From: Schmidtea polychroa
Lineage: Eukaryota
Direction of reading: 5' to 3'
Length of the DNA stretch: 64,000 nt
NCBI GenBank assembly: GCA_044892525.1
Contig: CM097885.1
Location: 35,094,001-35,158,000, forward strand
The notes under the pieces were generated by a model. That model saw only the letters and a program-made list of their open reading frames with translations, did no database searches and had not been told where the DNA came from. A program made the translations under genes and the position numbers. Of the stretch, positions 56,089 to 64,000 are shown in pieces (the first letter of the stretch is position 1; every line of letters begins with the position of its first letter).

Positions 56089-56190
56089 GCGTAGATGAAA
56101 TCTTGTCAAATCTAAAATAATTCAATTCAAAACATTTATTTGTGAAAATCACATGTGCAAGTATATTAAAAGTGTAATCTATATCAGACC

Positions 56191-57260
56191 CTAGACATAG
56201 TCTCCATCAGTTTTAATGAGACTCTGGAGGTGACATGTAAAATTTTGAAACTCGTTTGTGAGCTTGGCCTCCGATTTTGACTTCAATTATTGGCGGAAAT
56301 TGTTACTCACCTCACCTGAATTTGTTGAGTTATTGGGTTGGTGATAGTATTTGTAAATTTAAATTTTTCACTCTGACTTCAAAGTGTGTTTGATTAACTC
56401 ACAACTTAACAATCTAGAACACTATAAGCTTTATTAATATTCACACCAGATCGTACAAATTCCAATTAAAACCAATTAACTCTAAACCAATTAATCGCAC
56501 AGAGATTATTGCGACACATTGTGAGGAATATCCCTTTCTGTAACCACAACAATTATCACTAGCAGTCAACCACTCAATTATAGGGTACGTTGATCGATTG
56601 TTCTATTTGCTTTGACCATAAAATTATTCACTTTACTTCCACTTTATTACTAAGTCTACAAAAGATTCTCCTCATTCTACAAATCAATTATTTATTATCA
56701 ACAGTGCTCTTTTGTTCTTCTAACTCTTTTATGTCTTCTGTGTCTTCCCTTTTATAGCTTGCTCCATTTGCGGTACTTAAGATAATTTTGTTTACCATTT
56801 CTTTTTACTTCCGTTTTCTCCCGTTTGTTATGACGATCTTCCCCCAGGTAATTTACTTATTTATTCTGCTATTTATCATTTAAGATTCCTCAAAAAATTA
56901 CTGGAGTTTCTCCCACTTCGATAGCACTTTTAATTCCCGAAGATAAAGCAATCCATTATGTTTGTGTCGGGTGAGTAGGCCGGTTGATTTAATAAAGACA
57001 CACTCGTTTCTTCAATGTCTGTGACTCTTGAAATAACTGGACAGCTTAAGTAGCAATCTTCATCAATTATTTCACGCACAATTATAATATTATTTTCTGC
57101 AGTGCTCGTTCTAGGTCTTCCTGAACCTTCTTTTCCCTCAAAAAGCGTTCGCCATTTTCCTGCAAACTCTTTGCTGTACTCTCTGAAGGCTAACGATATT
57201 CTCTGCACCCTAAAGTATTATATTTAATCAAACAAGATATAAAAATCTAGAAATATTAGA
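56191..57260 (-). mobile_element. Mariner transposase remnant, interrupted by a solo LTR
   Basis: SGRPRTS...IVREIIDED, QPAYSPDTNIMDCFIF (YSPDLAPxD motif). The C-terminal GDYV* lies beyond the LTR. Confidence 0.8.
56323..56895 (-). mobile_element. Solo LTR, related to 52013-53008
   Basis: Reverse complement shares ttacctgggggaagatcg and tatcaccaac.caataac.caaca with the 52013 LTR. 4-bp TSD AATT. Confidence 0.82.
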
Positions 57261-57688
57261 AAAATTAGCAGTCATTCATCAAGAAATGCATGAAAAATTT
57301 ACACAGTGATATTCAGCAACAAAGTTATCTCCTAGAATCGAAAGGCTATTTCGACATAAAAATTGGGTAATTAATGAAAATGATAAGGCAGCTCGCCTGA
57401 GCAATCATTGATAATGTATTTTTGAATAAATAATCTTATCCTATGTTGATTCTATTTTAAACACGTGATTAATTAATTTTTTTCCATCATTTAAAATTTA
57501 TACGTTTAAAGAAATTTAAATAATTGATAAAATATTTTCAAAATAAAAACGTTTAAAAAAAATATTTATTATTATTTATTATTAACATTTATTATGCATA
57601 TTAATTATTTAAAAATTAAATTATATTTATAACCGTTGGTAATATATTTATTTGACTTAATACCCGGGAAATTAAAACAAATTGCAAC

Positions 57689-58184
57689 CAGCGTTGCCAA
57701 CCGTACTATAATTATAGTATTTGTACCATAATTTGTATCTTGTGTACTATGTACTATTGGAAGTTCTAATTGTACTATAATTTTAACAAATTTATCTAAA
57801 ACATTTTTTCACTACGATATTTTAATTTTCTGAAAACAATTAATCAGAATTTTTCTAAAAAAAACTTTAATCAATATTAATTTTTTACAAAACGTATTTC
57901 GGTATGAATAATGAATATGAGCAGATAGTAAAAATTAACATCTGATTTGTTTTGTTGGATTGAAATTCAAAGTTCATGTGTTTTTCTAAACATAGTACGT
58001 TTTTTAAATATTAAGTTTTTAAAATGTTTTCTAACTTATTTTTTTAATATTTTAGAAACCGTAACGTAACTATGGATATTAGTAGCAATAGTGACGACAG
58101 CTATATGTACTATAATTTTTTTGAAAATACTATAATTTTGTCCATATTGTACTATAATGACATCTTCAAAAGTTGGCAACCCTG
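57689..58184. mobile_element. hAT-type MITE
   Basis: TIRs cagcgttgccaac / gttggcaaccctg, perfect 8-bp TSD ATTGCAAC, subterminal GTACTATAAT repeats. Confidence 0.92.
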
Positions 58185-58657
58185 ATTGCAACGTAAAATA
58201 ATTTTTTAATGATTATAAATTGCAATAAATGCAATTTTAACCATTAAATTCATTCATTTTTGATTTTGAAATTTTTACAGACAGAAAATGAACATCATGT
58301 TATTATTCCCGGAGATCTCCTTGCTAATATTTTCGTAAAATTTATTGTTGATTTATATCATTTACTCAGATATGTGTGGATAATTACATTTCAATTTACT
58401 TTATTGTTAATAATATTAAAATAATAATAATAATAGTACTTTTAATTTAATTTTTTAACTTTTTAATAAGATAGATAATCAATGGCTGTATGGATAATGA
58501 ATGATTTTAATCACTACCATACATCAAAGATACCTTACCTACCGTATTTCTTCGAAAGATAGACCTACCTCGAAAATATGAACTGGTCGATAGTTATCAA
58601 AAATAACATTTAAAATCAGCGTTAATAAATTAACACCAATATGATGTTATAATAAAT

Positions 58658-59089
58658 CAGCGCTTTTTTTCTGGAAAAAAAGGTGCCGGAAAGTATCTGC
58701 ACTATCCTTTATATGCAAAAAAATGACGCTGAAATTAGCTAACAAATAAAATAATTATGCAGGACACAAAATATACACTTATTAGTTATTAGTAACTTAT
58801 TATCCATAAATTTTATAATGTAAAAAAATGTAAAGAAAAATGAAATCGTAAAGTTGTTTATAGCAAATTCCATTATAATAATAGTAATCACACATAGGAA
58901 TCACGGAGTTATGATTCACTCGCTTTGGCGTACGACTACTAATTTCAATTTTATTGTAATTGACTATTTGAAATGTCAGTCATAGAAATATGACAAAAAA
59001 CCAAAACATATGTCAATTTTTTAAAATCATTCAGCGAAAAAAAGTACCGTAACGCCGTTCCGGAGCGTTCCGTCAGAAAAAAAGCACTG
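58658..59089. mobile_element. hAT-type MITE
   Basis: TIRs cagcgcttttttttctg / cagaaaaaaagcactg, TSD TAATAAAT / TAATAAAC. Confidence 0.88.
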
Positions 59090-59199
59090 TAATAAACTAA
59101 TAACTAGAAAATGAAATAAAATCTATTTTGATTATCTTTTTTACAATTTCAATATTTTGATAAAAACTTTACCCATACAAAAAGAAACTAGTGGAGAAA

Positions 59200-60060
59200 T
59201 CTAGAGACAAAAACCCTTCGGTTTTTTGTAAAAACAATTTAAAGTTGAGGTTAGTTAAAAAATGGCGTGTTCAATATGATAAATTGCTAAAGTATTCAAA
59301 TAATAGAAGTAGAAAAAGCGCAGTACGGGATCATTCAGAAAACCTCTTATCACAGAGCTGAAACACATTTTGTTTTAATGGGTTGCTGAACGAAGAGCAA
59401 ATACTTTTGTACTATGGTGAGCAGGCACACAAAAATGTGCTCTTTCATTTGTATTGCAGATTGATATCTCTCATGACAATTTCCAATTCGATCGCCATTA
59501 CTGAAACAGATGCATTCGTGGGACAGACAGACTTAGACAACAATTGATTCCAGAGGAGCCTCTACGATTTATGTTCCTTCAATGGGATACGAAAGTATGA
59601 GATGAGAGTTACTTGTGCTCAAAATTAGTATAAATGATAAAAACACTTACGCCATTATTAATAGCAAAAGGCGAAAAATACCGAATCGAATGCATTTCAG
59701 GTATTTATATTATTGAGACCGAAAAGGTTTGGTGCATCCAGGCTGTAATAAGAAAATGGGTTAGGGTTAAGGTTTAAGTTATGTTAGGATATTCAGCTAG
59801 CACTCATCGTACTAATGATATCAAAATTTTTCTTTAAGAGAGAAAAACTGATCAAGTGATACTTATTTGCAGAACCTTGACATAGTCATCAACAAGCCTT
59901 TTAAAGATTATTTGAGAACAGAAATTATTAATTTCATTGAAAATCGACGAGAAAGATATGCTCAAAATTTAATCAAATCAAGTTTAAATGAAATCATTGG
60001 TTGGGTAAAAAAAGCTTGAGATAAGATTAATGATCAGTGTATCTTAAATGCTTATAACAA
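59200..60060 (+). mobile_element. pogo-like transposase remnant
   Basis: LDIVINKPFKDYLR and IIGWVKKA*DKI...ILNA. A second similar C-terminal scrap (IIEWVKGFSKVSKNIIRCMFEKVG) lies at ~61400-61480. Confidence 0.7.
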
Positions 60061-60172
60061 ATGCTTATAACAAATGCTTATAACATTGCTTATAAAATCA
60101 TGCATGTTTATTTTTTACCTAGTTGGACATTGCTCCATGTCTCTATAATCTTTTATCTATATCCATCGGAAA

Positions 60173-60539
60173 CAGTGGCGTAGCTAGAGTACTTGGCGCC
60201 CGGGGGCAGGGATATTTTTGGCGCCCTGGGCTTACTATAAAAAATTTTTTGTGATATTAAAATAGACATATGTAAAAACGCCAAATATAAAATGCATATT
60301 GATAAATTCTAAAATAATATTTTAAAAAAATATAAAATATAAAATATAAAAATATAACAAAACTAGAAAAAAACTGGAAAACAGAAAAATAAAATCCCTT
60401 TTTCATCGTTTATTTTAAAAAAATTTCAATGCTTGGCTATATTTATATATTTTATATATATTGCGTTCAATCCGGCGCCCCAAAAATTGTGGCGCCCGGG
60501 GCAACTGTCACCCCTCGCCCCCACCTCGCTACGCCACTG
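60173..60539. mobile_element. hAT-type MITE
   Basis: TIRs cagtggcgtagc / gctacgccactg, perfect 8-bp TSD ATCGGAAA, internal GGCGCCC repeats. Confidence 0.93.
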
Positions 60540-61739
60540 ATCGGAAACCTCCAAGAATTGTCTTTCTCATAGCAGTTTTAGAAACTTTTTTATTATCATT
60601 ACTTCCTCATTACAATAGGTTCGTGTATAGGAATTATTTATAAATACTTCTATCATATTTTACTCATTAGTTTATTTAGAAATAAAAGAAAATGAAATAT
60701 ATTTTAATTTCCTTTATGTTCCTCTCTCCTCTACAGTTGACCACTAACCGAGCTTTTATGAAAGAATTTTAATTTTTTATATTTTAAGAAAAAATACTGT
60801 TAGTTATAATAAAAATTTGTATATTAATAATTTCATAAATTCACTTTTATAATACAACTCATTATTTGCCACTCGCTCATATCTGTTTCCCTCGAAAATA
60901 TTAATCTTTTATTTGTTCAATATTTTAAATAATGTTTTATTTTTTTTGAAATTTTTTATTGTTTTGCACACATTTCTTTGTGAATTTTTGCTTAATTAAT
61001 AGTATCCTAACAGTTTGAATTAACAACAGTATCACTATAAACAATGTTGTCGCTAAATATATTTTTGTTTCATTTGTCACGATTCACGGTATCATAATTT
61101 TGGTACACTAATATGACATAAATATTTCAAAATATGTGTTTAATTATACCGGAAATCTTACTAATCAATTGAGGCTTTACGAATAATTAAACAATAATAA
61201 CTTTTAACAATGAAACATTATTCAAACAAGTTTAAAAATATAAAAAAATGTCAAAATTAATTGTTTTTCAAATTGATTTTTATTAATTAATTAATTAATT
61301 TTGTTATATTTTATAAAATGTTAGTAGTGATTTTAAAAGAAAAATCTTTGAAATCCGCCGAGAACATTTCTGTGAAATCGAAAAAGAGAAAACATTTTAA
61401 AGTGAAAATTATAGAATGGGTAAAAGGTTTTAGTAAAGTGAGTAAAAATATTATTAGGTGTATGTTTGAGAAGGTGGGAGGCATTTTCCCTTTGGTGTTA
61501 CGGGCTCACAAGATACTACTTGCATTCGTGCATATTTTATTCTAACCGGCAAGTGCATAATGTGTGTTATGTATCACACGCACCTGTTATCAGAAGCCAA
61601 AGCTAAAATTTAACTTCTATACTATAATATTTATTTAGAATTTACTGTATTTAACTTATTTTAAACTATATATTTTTTAAATATATATATAATATTTTGT
61701 TCAGAAAAAACACTATTTTCTATTGAGCTTAAAATAAAT

Positions 61740-62261
61740 TCTTTCAAGAATAGAACTCTCTCTATCCGGACCTCTTCCCAATTGCGTTCTGGCAATAAAT
61801 GCATTTTATAATTTGACAGCACTCGCAACCATGAAACTCGCGCTACATCACTTGGTAAATTCTATTACAAATTTGAAATGCAGTTGAAATGTGCATTCGA
61901 GCCACATCACCAGGATACATTATCGAACCACTTGATAAGGTTTATAAATTGCCATAATGTGTGATAAAGGATCATTATAGTCCAGAACGATACCCGAAAC
62001 AGGCATCATTGTTATTCCCGTAAATATTTTCATTATCATAATCGTCAACATTTTGATTTTCATGTTTTCCCCAATTTTTATTGGTGCATAAAATGCATCC
62101 AATATAAATGGAGTCATGGATTCTCTATCAGCTTTGAGAATATTGAAAAGAACTTCTCGATCAGATGCAATATATTTAACACGAACAAATATATGTTTAT
62201 AGCAACTATCATTGTCAACACTTATGAATTCATATCCATTCTTTAAGTTACACCATTTCAT
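61740..62261 (-). pseudogene. Unidentified, probably disrupted coding region
   Basis: ORF from ATG ~62261 (MKWCNLKNGYEF...). Coding-like sequence continues past the stop in other frames. A GC-rich motif lies upstream. Confidence 0.3.
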
Positions 62262-62481
62262 AATGAAAAACGAAAGTTTTTTAAAAATCTTTATTTTCAA
62301 AAAATCAGTGAAACTTCTTTTAAAACAAGAATTCCTTTAGAATAAAAAAATTAGTCAATTAATAATAAAAATATCCGAAATACCTTGCCTCGCGTCTGTG
62401 TGCGCAACCCAACAGTAAAATTACAAGCAATACTCGATGCACAAACAGACGCGATACATGATTAAACTCAGGATTGACCAT

Positions 62482-62730
62482 CACTGTTTATAATTGTTAT
62501 TCCCTAAATTATGAGACAGTTGATTGACAATTTATTGCATAAAATTAAAATTTTACAACTATAATTTTACAGTTAAAATATTAAAAATAATTATTATAAA
62601 CTGTTAACAATTGTTATTCCCTAAATTATGAAACAGTTGATAATGACAATTTAATGCATAAAGTTAAAATTTTATAACTATAATTTTACAGTTAAAATAT
62701 GAAAATTAATTATTATAAACTATTAACAAT
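62482..62730. repeat. Tandem duplication, two ~120-bp units
   Basis: aattgttattccctaaattatga...ttattataaac occurs twice with few mismatches. Confidence 0.9.
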
Positions 62731-63861
62731 TAAACGACACCTGTCAGTTAGTTTTGGGAATTTTATTTACCAAGCAATTTCTTTGGTGAATAACAGAATT
62801 ATTATTTAATTGAAATTATTTATGAAAATGTCTTCCTTTAGTGGATAATAAAAAATAAAACCTAAAACGTTCTGTTGTAAGTTTGACAACCCCATAAACG
62901 GTGACATGTAACCCATATCTGTTTTCCTCTCTCAATAGAACATCAAAATGTATTAATACGTAGGAAACGAATTTCTCTTCAATATCGAAAAGATTTTCAT
63001 GTTCATAATAACTAAAAATAAAAGTATGCATGTTTCTTTTAATTAAATTTTAATGCTGATATTTTTTGTTATGAAAATTATTTTGTGCAAGGGAAACTAA
63101 TTTGAGAATTTCTGACAATACACAAGCTAACACTGATCTCTAAGTTAAGGTGTTGATAGGAAAAGGAACGAGTGAAAAACACTCACATTCATAATTTCAA
63201 TGGACAAGTTTTAGATACGGAAGAAAACTTTATTTTTTACCTTTTAATGGATTTCGAAATAACAATGTCTTTAATGTGTTTTAAACTTTTTAATCTTTGA
63301 AATTCGGTATTTTGATATTAATGATTTATACAATCACTGTTTATGTATGTACTTTATACGTTTGTTGTTGTTTATACATAGATAAATGTTTGGTGTTGTT
63401 TATGGGAGAAACTCTGCGACCAAACCTGTATTCAGAACCGATTTCTTCCTTCTCCTGAGGCAAGTTGAAATTATTAGCTATTTCTTGTATAGCTAAACAT
63501 CCCGTAACATCAGCTGTTACATGCATATTATATAAACACATTACATTTCCTATATTAAAACAACTAGATCGATAATTGTATATTTTACACTTATATTTTA
63601 CACACAAACTTTCGAATGTATTGAAAATTCCATTTCAGGAATTTCACCTTTTATTTTGATAAGAAAAATAAGCAAAACATACAAAAACAGAACATAGGAT
63701 CGAGTTGTTATAGTTGCTCCGTAGGAAATGACTGATAATCTAACTCTTGTGGTTTCCATAATAATAACAAATCCAACACAATTGGTTTTATTTTGATCAC
63801 AATAATTACAAGTCGCAATATTCAGTTACAAAGACGGTGGCCATTATCTTACTTTGATTCT

Positions 63862-63927
63862 AATGTTAAGGGAACCTACGGGAAACAGCCTCAAATGTTA
63901 AGGGAACCTACGGGAAACAGCCTCAAA
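63862..63927. repeat. Perfect 32-bp tandem duplication
   Basis: aatgttaagggaacctacgggaaacagcctca x2. Confidence 0.95.
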
Positions 63928-64000
63928 CTAACGAATTTGATTTGACTTTAATAATAGTTCACTGAAACCTTTTCTGTGACTTTGCCGATTACTCGCTTCG

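Noticed and set aside
59757..59790. Telomeric TTAGGG repeat
   Set aside because: Only one exact unit within a short degenerate run inside a pogo remnant.
62816..63840. Possible minus-strand exons near the right edge
   Set aside because: Coding-like, but I could not build a consistent splice path or recognise a product.

Overview
Very AT-rich, repeat-dense eukaryotic (animal) genomic DNA. A planarian or other flatworm host is plausible but inferred only from composition, (AAT)n abundance and a flatworm-type GPCR fragment. I can assemble one intact host gene: a 4-exon, minus-strand, 376-aa four-TM sarcospan/CD20-like protein (38636->10402) with introns of about 19.3, 3.0 and 4.8 kb. The rest is mostly mobile DNA. 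It includes an uninterrupted Polinton/adintovirus-type double-jelly-roll capsid ORF running off the left edge (missed by the ORF track) and a second, decayed Polinton capsid+penton module (~39.9-42.3 kb). There are several AGTAG-type termini, one carrying a dense AP-1/nuclear-receptor motif array. Other elements are a GC-rich Merlin element, many hAT/MULE MITEs with target-site duplications, Tigger/pogo/mariner/Buster remnants, four related solo LTRs and Penelope-like fragments tied to (AAT)n tracts. The most unusual object is a tRNA-Trp-primed Gypsy-like element whose Gag reading frame continues into two ubiquitin-like domains. A possible Bcl-2-like fragment lies next to integrase remnants at ~4 kb. 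All family calls come from motif recognition by eye; no searches were run.
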